Positions 38,351-51,053 of a stretch of DNA of 64,000 nt are shown here, in pieces. The translations under genes and the position numbers were made by a program. Each line of letters begins with the position of its first letter. Position 1 is the stretch's first letter. The notes beneath the pieces were generated by a model. The model was not told where the DNA came from. It saw nothing but the letters and a program-made list of their open reading frames with translations, and made no database searches. Source of the DNA: Octopus sinensis (taxonomy: Eukaryota). The DNA lies in NCBI RefSeq assembly GCF_006345805.1, contig NC_043001.1, forward strand, positions 135,346,001 to 135,410,000. The letters run 5' to 3'.

Positions 38351-39642
38351 CAGCAAAGAATGCCATACTGTCTATTGCCTTACATCAGATGTACATGCAT
38401 GTATACATAAACACACTTCATCACATCATACACATGCACAAACACATCATATTGACTATTACCGTATACACACACGCACACAGAAACTCATCACAATGGC
38501 TATTACAATACACACGTACATACACACACATGCAGGGTGTTGCCCATAGCTTTCTATAATTACATTAGTGTTCAGTTAGTGTTATTTGAAAACAAGATAT
38601 TCAAGATATTAAGAGGTTGTTCATTTTGTATTCTTCTTATTAATCTTCTCTGTCTTATTTCTCCCCCTTCCCCTCCTCCTCCTCCTTCTGTTGATTGTTA
38701 ATTAACTTAATTAAGAACAGTCTGTTATTTATCCTCCTGTTTCCCATTTGTGATGAACAGAGAGGGAGAGTGGGGGTCGAAGAGGGAGAGTGGGGGTCGA
38801 AGAGGGAGAGTGGGGGTTGAAGAGAGAGAGAGAAAGAGGGAGAGAGGGGTTTGGAGAGAGAAAGAGAGAGGAGGTCGGAGAGAGAGGGGGTCAGAAAGAG
38901 AGAGAGATGGGGATCAAAGAGAGAGAGATGGGGATCAAAGAGAGAAAGAAAGGGAGGTGGAGAAAGGGAGAAAGGGAGAGGGAGAAAGGGAGAGGGAGAA
39001 GAGGAAAGAGAAAGTGGCAGGAAGAGAGAGAGAGAGAGAGATGATGATGAGGATGATAAGAAAGCCATTTAATTAGCTTTTGGGTCAAAAAAAATCATTA
39101 AAAACATTTATTTTCCACAATGCTTATCATGGATTCTTCACACTATCCCCACCCCCACCACATTATGGACCCAGAACTGATCCATGGCATAGATTCTCAA
39201 TCATCTGTTGAACATATCACTTCCAAACTCCTATTACCCAAAAATGGATCCATTGTACACATCTTGTATCATCTCTTTGAGCGCCAAGTCTATTACCATT
39301 CTATAATCAGAACCTGTCCTGTGCTGACTTCACACTGTACTATTACAAAAAACCCCAAAAGCTGAAAAAAGAAAAACCTCCTCAAAAAACTGATCTATGA
39401 TATATGTTTTGTGGTCCTCTGTTTAAGTTACTAATGACCAATACACATGAAGCTTGCTTCAAGTGAAGTTTTTAACCCTTTAATCTGTTGCATTCCTTGC
39501 GTAGCATGGTATGGAGGTTTGTGTGAATGGATAAGGATAAAATTAATTAAATCAAACAATTAATCTTTGAGAATGAAGCACATATGTATGTATACACACA
39601 CACAAACCCACACATATATTTATATATATATATATATATATA

Positions 39643-40048
39643 TGGCTGTGTGGTAAGTAGCTTGCTAACCAACCACATGGTTCCGGGTTCAGTCCCACTG
39701 CGTGGCATTTTGGGCAAGTGTCTTCTGCTATAGCCCCGGGCTGACCAATGCCTTGTGAGTGGATTTGGTAGACGGAAACTGAAAGAAGCCTGTCATATAT
39801 ATGTATGTATATATATATATATAAGTGTGTGTGTATATGTTTGTGTGTCTGTGTTTGTTCCCCTAGCATTGCTTGACAACCGATGCTGGTGTGTTTACGT
39901 CCCCGTCACTTAGCGGTTCGGCAAAAGAGACCGATAGAATAAGTACTGGGCTTACAAAGAATAAGTCCCGGGGTCGATTTGCTCGACTAAAGGCGGTGCT
40001 CCAGCATGGCCGCAGTCAAATGACTGAAACCAGTAAAAGAGTAAAAGA
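39643..40048 (+). mobile_element. SINE family B
   Basis: Family B match. Confidence 0.88.
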
Positions 40049-40556
40049 GATATATGTGTGTGTGTGTGTAATATATATATATATATATATACATACATAC
40101 ATACACGTATGTATGTATGTATGTATGTATGTGTGTGTGTATGTGTGTTTGTGCATGTTTGTAAGCATACTGGAAACAAATAATTATCATTACTAAATGT
40201 TAAAACAACAAAATAAGATGATTAAAAGAAAAAAATAAATGATTGAAAACCATAATTTATTGCTAAACATTAGATTTAATGATTTAATCAGTTTTAGTTC
40301 AATTTTCCATGTTTTCACAATTGAGATATTGATTTTTTTTCTAAATGTATTAAAAGTTGTTTTTTTCAAAATTGGAATTTTAAAACTTTTAATGGCACCA
40401 ATAACATTTTATAGGCATTGGTTGAAGAGAGTTGGTGAGAGGATATATCCTTGTTGAATGCCATTGGGGAAAATGAAAGTGCTGGGAATGTAATTTCTGT
40501 GTGTTCTATAGGCTTGGCTTCCTGATAGTTTACTAGTTAACACATTGTGTTGATGC

Positions 40557-41186
40557 TTAACCCTTTAAATATTCAAATTACTCTGTCAAATGGGATGAGT
40601 ATTTATTAACATTGTTTTGAATCAATCAGGCATTATTTTGTAGCTTGGAGATTTTTGATGATGTGATTGTTTATTTTTAGAATGATAGGCGCAGGAGTGG
40701 CTGTGTGGTAAGTAGCTTGCTTACCAACCACATGGTTCCGGGTTCAGTCCCACTGCATGGCACTTTGGGTAAGTGTCTTCTACTATAGCTTCGGGCCGAC
40801 CAAAGCCTTGTGAGTGGATTTGGTAGACGGAAACTAAAAGAAGCCTGTCATATATATGTATATATATATATATGTGTGTGTGTGTGTTTGTTCTCCCAAC
40901 ATTGCTTGACAACCGATGCTGGTGTGTTCATGTTTGTCCCCGTAACTTAGTGGTTCGGCAAAAGAGTCTGATAGAATAAGTACTAAGCTTACAAAGAATA
41001 AGTCCTGGGGTTGATTTGCTCGACTAAAGGCGGTGCTCCAGCATGGCCGCAGTCAAATGACTGAAACAAGTAAAAGAGTAAAGAGTATATTGCAGTGTAT
41101 GTATGAGAGGCCAGTCCTTGTCAAGTTTGATTATAAAATAAGTTGAATATTTGGGTTTGATATGGCCAGTTTCAATACAAAAGGGT
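40557..41186. mobile_element. TTAA-type MITE with a nested SINE B (40688-41086)
   Basis: TTAAccctttaaatattcaaattactctgtcaaatg... resumes after the SINE and ends ...caaaagggt. Confidence 0.75.
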
Positions 41187-41386
41187 GGTAGTGTTGAGTG
41201 TTTTGTCTAAAAGCAGCCAGCGGAAAATGGAGTTTAAAATCTCTACTGGTGTCGATGGTAGTTAGAATGGTGTATGCGTGTAGGAGTTTCTTTTATTGTT
41301 GTCAAAGCCTTCATGTAATTTTTTGTTTTTGTAAAGATTTTAACTATTCTCTGTTATCTGCTTATGCACAAAACACCACCTTAAGA

Positions 41387-41389
<3 letters not shown>

Positions 41390-41441
<52 letters not shown>

Positions 41442-41871
41442 TGCATGTGTGTGTGTGTGTGTGTGTATTCTTTATTTATTTCAGTCATTTGACTGTGGCC
41501 ATGCTGAAGCATCACCTTAAGGGGTTTTAGTTAAACTAATTGACTCCAAGACTTATTCTTTGTAAGCCTAGCATTTATTCTATCAGGCTCTTTCGCCAAA
41601 CTGCTAAGTTACAGGGATGTAAATACACCAACATTGATTGTCAAACGATGGTGGAGGACAAGCACAAACACAAATATATACATATATATATATATATACA
41701 TGACAGGTTTCTTTCAGTTTCCATCTACCAAATCCACTCACAAGGCTTTGGTCAGCCCAAGGTTATAGTAGAAGACACTTGCCAAAGGTGCCATACAGTG
41801 AAACTGAACCCGAACTATGTGGTTGGGAAGCAAGCTTCTTACCACAACCGTGCCTGTATTTATATATATAT

Positions 41872-41902
<31 letters not shown>

Positions 41903-42318
41903 GCATGCATGTGTGTGTGTGTGTGTGTGTATTCTTTATTTATTTCAGTCATTTGACTGTGGCCATGCTGAAGCATCACCTTAAGGGGTTTTAGTTAAAC
42001 TAATTGACTCCAAGACTTATTCTTTGTAAGCCTAGCATTTATTCTATCAGGCTCTTTCGCCAAACTGCTAAGTTACAGGGATGTAAATACACCAACATTG
42101 ATTGTCAAACGATGGTGGAGGACAAGCACAAACACAAATATATATATATATATATATATACATGACAGTTTCTTTCAGTTTCCATCTACCAAATCCACTC
42201 ACAAGGCTTTGGTCAGCCCAAGGTTATAGTAGAAGACACTTGCCAAAGGTGCCATACAGTGAAACTGAACCCGGAACTATGTGGTTGGGAAGCAAGCTTC
42301 TTACCACAACCGTGCCTG

Positions 42319-42348
<30 letters not shown>
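41390..42348 (-). repeat. Tandem duplication of an old SINE B copy between (TA)n tracts
   Basis: About 41390-41870 and 41870-42348 share the same diagnostic mutations. Confidence 0.9.
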
Positions 42349-42349
<1 letters not shown>

Positions 42350-43442
42350 CATGAAGGGCACGGGTGCTAGTGTTACATAAAAAGCAATGGTAATGGTGCC
42401 AGGTAAAAAACCTCCAGTACACTCTGTAAGGCGGTTGGTGTTAGGAAAGACATCCAGCTGTAGAAACCAAATCAAAACAGACTATGGAAGCTGGTGTGGC
42501 TTCTGTCCGTGCCAGCTCCTGTCAAACAACCCAGCCCATGCCAGCATGGAAAACAGACATTAAATGGTGATAATGATGATGATGAGGAGGAGGATATAGT
42601 TGGTTGAGAAGTTTATTTTTCAAACATTTAGTTTCAGAACCAATTCATTGCACATCACCTTGGACAAGGATCTACTATTGTGGTTTCAAGGATAACCAAT
42701 GCCTTCTGAGTGAATTTGGTAGGTGGAAACTATATGAAGCCGGTCATAAGTGTGTGTATTTACATGTATGAATACAGACATATATGTGTTGTGTGTGTGT
42801 GTAGATAAAACTATATATCATAACTTTGTCTGATGAGTGGGTAATTTGCACACCTGCTGCCTTCCTTGGATGTCATATTTATATTTATATTCCTGATGTA
42901 TCTGAAGTACGTAGTGTTGAAACAATTGTAATGAAAGAATAACACCATAACCTCCATTCTCAGACTTTATATACATGTATGTATATATACATATATATAT
43001 CATATATAATCTAATAATGATTTTATATTCTTGTATGCACCTTGTAGTATGCTGCTTAAAGTCAGTTCACAGTATTCAGCTACCTGACATCAACAACAGT
43101 ATGGAGGTATATGCCACTGGGTTTACTTCAAGAATTCTTTAGCGTCTGTAGAGTTTATAAAAACTTTGAGAGAGATAAAAATTGAATTCACGAGACTGTC
43201 TTCATTATAGCTTAGTTACTACAATTACCAAAATGTATTATTTTAAAAATAAGCAAAAACAGCAAATAAAAAACGAGGTACTTTTAGAAAAGTCACCTAA
43301 GGAAATGCATCTGCACTTAAGACCCATCACAACTGTTTGTATAACATCTCACCTGCAAGGCACTGGTGCATGATGGGTCAAAATAGTTGTAGTGGTTCTG
43401 AATAAAGAGTCATCAATTCCATTTCTTCTCTCATTTTTTTTA

Positions 43443-43473
<31 letters not shown>

Positions 43474-43483
43474 ATAATAATAA

Positions 43484-43740
43484 TATTAGGGAATAAATCC
43501 AAACTTACAGGCAAAAATTAGATTTAGGATTAAATCCAATTTTATAGTATAAATATATATTATATTATATTAAATTAGAGATAAAACCACTATTAGGCAA
43601 ATCAAACAGTGAAAAAACATAAACCAATACATAAAATTAATTTATATATACAAATATATATATATGTATATTTCTATATTTCTATATTATTTTGTTTATT
43701 AATTTTTTTTTTAATAAACAAAATAATATATAATATATAA

Positions 43741-43797
<57 letters not shown>

Positions 43798-43890
43798 TAT
43801 ATGTATATATATAAAAATAATTTTGTATTGGCTTAGTTTTTCACTGTTTGATTTACTAATAGTGGTTTTATCTCTTTTAATATAATATAA
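43484..43890. mobile_element. Second member of the AT-rich inverted-repeat (Penelope-like) family
   Basis: tattagggaataaatccaaacttacagg...aaattagagataaaaccactattaggcaaatca matches 12992-13342; inverted arm at about 43813-43890. Confidence 0.7.
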
Positions 43891-44301
43891 TATTATATAT
43901 ATATATATATATATATTATATTATATATATATATAATATTGTTATTATATAGTATATATATAATGTATATATATAATATGTATATATATATATGTATATT
44001 ATATATGTATATATATATGTAATATATATATGTATATATAATATGTATATATATATATGTATATATATATATGTATTATATAATATATATATATATATAT
44101 ATGATATATATATATGTATATATATATATATGTATATATATAATTATATATATGTATATATTATATGTATATATATATATGTATTATATATATGTATATA
44201 TATATATTATATATATATATATATGTATATAATATATATATATATATGTATATATATATGTATATATATATATGTATATATATATATGTATATATATATA
44301 G

Positions 44302-44355
<54 letters not shown>
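43890..44355. repeat. Long degenerate (TA)n tract
   Basis: Directly visible. Confidence 0.95.
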
Positions 44356-44356
44356 G

Positions 44357-44830
44357 GCACAGGCATAGCTGTATGGTAAGAAGCTTGCTTCCCAACCACA
44401 GTGTTCCAGGTTCAATCCCATTGCATGGCACCTTAGGCAAATGTCTTCTACTATATGTGTGTGTGTCTTTGTGTCTGTGTTTGTCCCTCCTGTCACTGTT
44501 TGACAACTGTTGTTGGTGTGTTTACATCCCCATAACTTAGTGGTTCTGCAAAAGAGTCCAATAGAATATAAGTCCTGGTGTTGATTCCTTCAACTAAGAA
44601 CCCTTTGAGGCGGTGCTCCAGCATGTCTGCAGTCAAATGACTGAAACAAATAAAAGAACGAAAGAATATATTATACATATAAGGTGCAGGAGTGGCTGTA
44701 TGGTTCCGGGTTCAGTCCCACTGCGTGGCACCTTGAGCAAGTGTCTTCTACTATAGCCTCGGGCCAACCAAAGCCTTGTGAGTGGATTTGGTAGACGGAA
44801 ACTGAAAGAAGCCCATCGTATATATGTATG

Positions 44831-44893
<63 letters not shown>

Positions 44894-45103
44894 CGTGTGT
44901 GTTTGTGTGTCTGTGTTTGTCCCCCCAACATCGCTTGACAACTGATGCTGGTGTGTTTACGTTGTCGTCACTTAGCGGTTCGGCAAAAGAGACCAATAGA
45001 ATAAGTACTGGGCTTACAAAGAATAAGTCCCGGGGTCGAGTTGCTCGATTAAAGGTGGTGCTCCAGCATGGCCGCAGTCAAATGACTGAAACAAGTAAAA
45101 GAG
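44357..45103 (+). mobile_element. Two SINE family B copies
   Basis: About 44357-44665 (internally deleted) and 44682-45103. Confidence 0.85.
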
Positions 45104-46859
45104 TATATGTGTGTATGAGTATTACATTAGGCATAGAACTATGATTCTGGAAACTACATATGTATAAATACACACGTATTGTCTTTTTGAAGGTGCATGA
45201 CCAAGTGGTTATGGTGTTGGCCTTGCAGTCATATGGTTATAGGTTCAATATCTGGTCTTGGCAATATGAATTTTTGGGCAAGGCACCTCCTCTCACTTTG
45301 CTCTTGGCTATTCTGCTGAAAACGAGGCGACTGCTAGTGCAGCTCTCTCTTCCTCCATCAGTCACATCTTTGGTATTCCATTTGGTCAAATGTTACAGGG
45401 TCATAAAAGATGTCTCTGTCTGCTCACATCTACATAAGAACCTGAAACAACTATTGAAAGTGTGGCACAAGCTTTTAGGCCACACTCATCTGTGAGTGAT
45501 GCCTAAGCTTTATTGCCAAGAGAACAACTATTTGAAAATTGCAATTTACAAAGCGAAGATTAACATAAACTGTTGAGCCTGATATGATAAATAGATTAAC
45601 AGATAGCTAGACAAACTGATAGAAAGTGAGGTTGACAGATAGATACATAGATACATAGATACATAGATTGTTACAGATGGATACATAGATACATAGATTG
45701 TTAGGTAGGTAGGTTGGTAGATATGTCATCATATAGATATATAGATAGGTTAACATATAGAGAGAAAGTGAGAACATGAGTGAAAGAATGAGGAAGACAT
45801 TTAAAAAGATGAGAAAATAATGTTGGAAAGAGTGAAACTAAAACCAAAATTGAAAGAACGAAAGAAGAATCGATGAATAACGGATGTGTCCAAGTCTTAG
45901 TTTATTGAGGGGAGAGAATAAGAATGAAAGAGAATGGTTGAAGGAAGAAAAGAAATATGTGATAGCATTATAAGCAGAGCTTTGGGGGAAATGAATAATG
46001 ACAGAAAGAGAGAGAAGGAAGAGAGTAAGGGTGTTGCAAAAATAAAAACGAAAAATTCCAAAGGGAAGTGAGACTGAGAGGAGGAAAGAGGTATATATGG
46101 TTGAAAATAGAATGGAAATAGAAATAAAAGACTGGGATAGATTCTGTGATAGAAAGACAAAGATAATAAATGTTATGAAGTTATAGAAGAAAGCATTATT
46201 AGAATTGACTAAAACATGAAATATAAAATGAAAAACAGAAACATACATTATAAATTATCGTTAATAAGTTAGCAATGAAAACTCATTAATAATATAGAAT
46301 TGATTAATGTCAAAACACTCAAACTATACCTCACTTGTAATCCATCAATTGTGTGTGTGCACGTGCACTTGTGTGCATGTGTATGCGTCGGACTGTTATA
46401 GTAGGGACTTATAAATGTATTCATGGATTTCGGGATATATTTTAGGTAAATGGTTGTGTGTACATGCACATGTGGTTTGACAGTGTGTGTGTTTGTATGT
46501 GTGTGTGTTTGTATGTGTGTGTGTGTATTTGTATTTGCATGCGTGTATGTATATATAGGATGATTTGTGCATATTATGTGTTGTGTGAATTTTTGAAGAC
46601 TTTATTTCCTGAGAATAATTCAGAAAAAATGTTCAAAAGAATGAAACTAAAAGCCAAAATGGAATGAAAGGAAGAAAAACCAAAGGAAAAGAAGGATGAA
46701 GGTAAAATGTCCAAGCCTTAGATTATTGAGAGTAGAAAGCAAGAATGAAAGAGAATGGTTAAAGAAAGAAAAGAAACATATGACAGCATTATTTCGCAAA
46801 GGAATTATTTCTCAAAGAAAATTGTAGTTTATTTAGTTCAAAGGAATTTAATGTTTTTC

Positions 46860-47095
46860 AGCAGATAAAATAAATACATCTTTGAACCAGTGGCAATAGA
46901 CGTCATGTCGTTAGTAAATCATAAACTGACAAAGGTTTTTATCACTGCCATTGGCGCAAAGCTATTTAAAGCATTGGATGAAACAGCCTTCGCTTTCATG
47001 GTTGTGGCAGAGAATTGGTTTGCCAATTGTTCATGCCATTGCTTTGCAGCAGAGCACGGCTGGACAAGACTAAAAGCCGAAAAAAAAAAATAAAA
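46860..47095 (+). pseudogene. 3' end of a CRE-like non-LTR retrotransposon (restriction-like endonuclease C-terminus plus poly-A)
   Basis: KYIFEPVAID...KVFITAIGAKL then, after a frameshift, SWLWQRIGLPIV...*, followed by an A-run; fits the F.P.A.ET.G...WL.QRIS.AI pattern. Confidence 0.65.
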
Positions 47096-47297
47096 AGATA
47101 TTATAAACCTACATGGAAGGATTTTATGATATATGATGGCTTATGACTAATGTATATCACATTTAAAGGTGGTGTAAAAGTTGGTTATAACAACTTTAAT
47201 ATATTTCATATCCAGTAAATTTACTGCAGGAAAAGTTCATCGTGAGGAAAGTTCACCATCATCATTCCACTGATTTTTTTCAATAAAATAGTTTTTA

Positions 47298-47835
47298 ACT
47301 ACACTCACGGAGTGGTTGGCGTTAGGAAGGGCATCCAGCCGTAGAAACACTGCCAGATTTGACTGGGCCTGATGAAGCCTTCTGGCTTCACAGACCCCAG
47401 TAGAACCGTCCAACCCATGCTAGCATGGAAAACGGACGCTAAATGATGATGATGATGATGATGAATGATGAGATACTATGAATATATTTTGTCGCCGTTT
47501 GCCAGCCTCGTCTGGCACCTGTGTCGGTGGCACATAAAAAAACACCATCTGAGCGTGGCCGTCTGCCAGCCTCGTCTGGCACCTGTGTCGGTGGCACATA
47601 AAAAAACACCATCCGAGCGTGGCCGTTCGCCAGCCTCATCTGGCACCTGTGTCGGTGGCACATAAAATCACCAACTACACTCTCGGAGTGGTTGGCGTTA
47701 GGAAGGGCATCCAGCTGTAGAAACACTGCCAGATCTGACTGGCCTGGTGCAGCCTTCTGGCTCCCCAGACCCCAGTTGAACCGTCCAACCCATGCTAGCA
47801 TGGAAAGCGGACGTTAAACGATGATGATGATGATG
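47298..47835 (+). mobile_element. Two SINE family C copies, the second with internal repeats
   Basis: 47298-47463 and 47493-47835, each ending in (gat)n. Confidence 0.85.
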
Positions 47836-48343
47836 AAGCTTCCCACATGGTGAACTTTCCTCACAGTGAACTTCCTTCATGGTAAATTTATGGTGGTGAA
47901 CACTTCTGCGATGAATTGATGGCAGTGAACTTGCCTGTAATCAATATATTTATATATCTTTCCTCAAGTTCAGAATACAGTTAAAAGAAAAAAAAAATAC
48001 TAAATAACTGTGAAACTCTCAGCAAATGTTAAGTTTCCCATATTGACCTTTCGTGGCAACCAAACTTCTCCAACGTAAGCAAGATTGTGTTTGGAAGCCA
48101 CCAGAAAATATGCTAGCTCTCATCTGTTGTTAATGTACTACAATGAAGTTCAAATGTGACTCACATTAACATATTGATCACTTACCTTAATTGGTACAAT
48201 TGCTACATAAACAAATATTCTTGGCATCCCACACTTCACTTCTACCAAAAACTGGCCAAATCTTTTTCAAATCACACCCTCCTTTCTACCTCAGGCATTC
48301 TGTCCTGCCTAGGTATGAATTAATGTATGTATGTATGTATGTA

Positions 48344-48399
<56 letters not shown>

Positions 48400-48414
48400 C
48401 GTACGTACGCACGT

Positions 48415-49825
48415 ATCAATCATTGTCATCATTTAACGTCCATTGTCCATGCTGGCATGGGTTTGACAGTTTGACCAAAGCTGGTAAGCTGGAGAGTTGC
48501 ACCAGACTCCAGCTTGATATGGTATGGTTCCTATGGCTGGATGCTCTTCCTAACACCAACCACTTTACAGAGTGTGCTGGGTGCTTTTATGTGGAACCAC
48601 ACAGACACTTTCATGTGGTGCCACATGGCCACTTTTATATAGCAAAGCATAGATACTTTTATGTGACACTGCACAGGCACTTTTACATGGAACCACATGA
48701 AACATGTATGTATGTATGTGTGTATACATGTATATAGCATGGCCTCTCAGAAATTCTAGGTTCGTATCTGACATGCTGGAAGACCACTAGGAGTGAGGCA
48801 CCCCTTAGCTTTTGTGAAAGAGTATCTCTAGTGGAAGGTCACTCTGATATAAAACTGGATAAGCAAGGAATCACATTGAACATTTTGGGGATCTTTTACT
48901 TGTGCTTGAGATCATGGTGCTCTAACATTCCTGTGCCTGTGCCCCATATTAACAGGAAGAGAGGGTCTGTGTAAGCCTTATTGGACCTACAATTTTAGGT
49001 TGTGCAATTGCCAGCCAGGCAACTGTCCAATGTCCAGTCGAGTAGATACATAGCTGTGTAGAAGCTTCCCTCATTGGTGCGTTTTAGCCCTTGGTTGTAT
49101 TAACTGTTTTGGGCACAAAGAGCTAGTTGTACATTATGTCATACTTGAAGAACAATTTCATTAGAGCTATTGACTCTAATGTCTATGACCTTCAGCTCCC
49201 TGGCCCTTATATTCCATGTGGTGGCTGAGATCCCATTCCATTTGAAAGAACCCACTATTTCTTTAGTCTGTGGGGAATATAGAAACTAGGGATGTGAACT
49301 CAAGTGAAGCCAATTGCTGGTGCAATAACTTTATGCATGGGCGCTGCTGGCATTTTGCATGGGAAATGGTCAGTGATGGTCTTCCTCAGTCATGAGAAGG
49401 CAGCCATCATCATCATCATGATCATCATCATCACCATCATCAGAAAGTTTAAACCGGTCGTTAACAAGGCAGAAAGACCTTTTTGAATTAAGAGAGTTCC
49501 AAGTGTTTGTAAATTTGTGGCTGAGTTGGTGTGTTGGTTGATACATATGACGACGATGATTGATTGATTGATTGATTGATTGATACATGAAAGTGCCTGT
49601 GTGGTGCCACATAAAAGCACTCAGCACACCCTGTAAAGTGGTTGGTGTTAGGAAGGGTATCTAGCCATAGGAACCATACCATTATGAAGCTGGAGTCTGG
49701 TGCAACTCTCCAGCTTACCAGTTTTGGTCAAACTGTCAAACCCATGCCAGCATGGACAATGGACGTTAAATGATGACGACGACGACGATGATTGATTGAT
49801 TGATTGATTGATACATACATACATA
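48415..49825. repeat. Inverted pair of the same old SINE C copy (48415-48600 / 49597-49825)
   Basis: Shared variant ctggtaagctggagagttgcaccagactccagctt on opposite strands. Confidence 0.8.
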
Positions 49826-50300
49826 CACACACAACTAAGTGTGTGTATTTCTTCATCTAAAGAATCTCAGATGAAGAATTAAAAAAATTATCCTACAAAT
49901 CTTCAAATAAGTATGTATGCATGTATGTGTGTGTGTTTATGTGGTGTGTGTGAGCCAATGAAAGTTCTTTGCATTGTAGCTAGATCTGTTAGAAATAGCA
50001 GCCAAATCTCCCTCAAATCATACTTTGCCTTTAATGAAAAGAGAAAGGCCACAAACACTAAACAGGAAAATAAGATACATAGCTGTATAGAGGCTTCCAT
50101 CATTGGTATGTTTTAGCCCTTGGTTGCATTAACTGTTTTGGACACAAAGAGCTAGTTGTTCATTATGTCATACTTGAAGGACAATTTCATTATAGCTATT
50201 GACTTTAATGTCTAAAATCTTCATCTCCCTGGCCATTATATTCCATGTGGTGGCTGAGATCCCATTCCATTTGAAAGAACCCACTATTTCTATAGTCTGT
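49044..50300. repeat. ~225-bp direct duplication (49044-49270 / 50073-50300)
   Basis: agatacatagctgt...cacaaagagctagttgt...gaacccactatttct.tagtctgt occurs twice. Confidence 0.9.
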
Positions 50301-50656
50301 TTTACTAAAATATATCTACCTAAACGATGGTATTTAGTGCTCAATCAGCTCTGAGTGACCAGGGCTATGATAATGATGCTGAAGTCATGAATATCTATTC
50401 TTTTATTTAAAGAATAGTATATCTAGGATCACATTATCATGTCTCCTTTTTAAGCATTAGTGTATCACTTGAAGTAAAGTTGGCTCCTATTTCTACCTTA
50501 CAATGTGATCTTGCAAGAAGTTCCCTTATTTGTTTACCCTTTACCAAAATGTTGATGATGACATTTGATATGACCTCATGCCTCCCACCTCACCACCAAA
50601 TTTTGAAGAGGTGGGTAAAGTTGATAAAATCAATCACAGCTCTCCACTGGTACTTA

Positions 50657-51053
50657 TCTATATATATATATATAAAGCTGAAGTTGTCTGTGTGTGGCAT
50701 GTTTGGTAGCCTTCAACTAACACTATCTCTTCTGAGACCCTGCGGTGCAAGTTGACCAAAATTGAGAGTATGATAGAAGAAGGCTTGCTCTTCATTCTGT
50801 AGAAGATAAAATTCAAATCGGACCATGTTAAGACCAAAAATTATTTACATCAAAAAGGTGCTTTTTTTCTATGAAAATCCTGATTTTTTAACGATTTTTT
50901 TACTGCTGTGTCTCCATTTTTCGGTGTATTTCAACCAGAAAAATGTTCACTTAAAGAGGATAACAAGCTACATAATGCAAAATTTTTACTTTTCAAAAAT
51001 TCCAATTCTAAAGGGTTGAAACAAACCTGAGCAACGCCGGGCGATACTGTTAG
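50657..51053 (+). mobile_element. Non-autonomous Helitron-like element
   Basis: 5' TC(TATATA...AAAGCTGAAGTTG), 3' subterminal GC-rich hairpin (cctgagcaacgccggg) and (C>T)TAG end; inserted between A and T with no TSD. Confidence 0.7.

Noticed and set aside
38655-39088. Glu/Arg-rich and Ser/Leu-rich ORFs with a 20-bp G-rich triplication
   Set aside because: This is a purine-rich low-complexity tract; G-quadruplex potential alone is not evidence of function.
42826-42870. CUGAUGA-GUG...CAC hammerhead-like start
   Set aside because: No GAAA box or cleavage triplet follows stem II.
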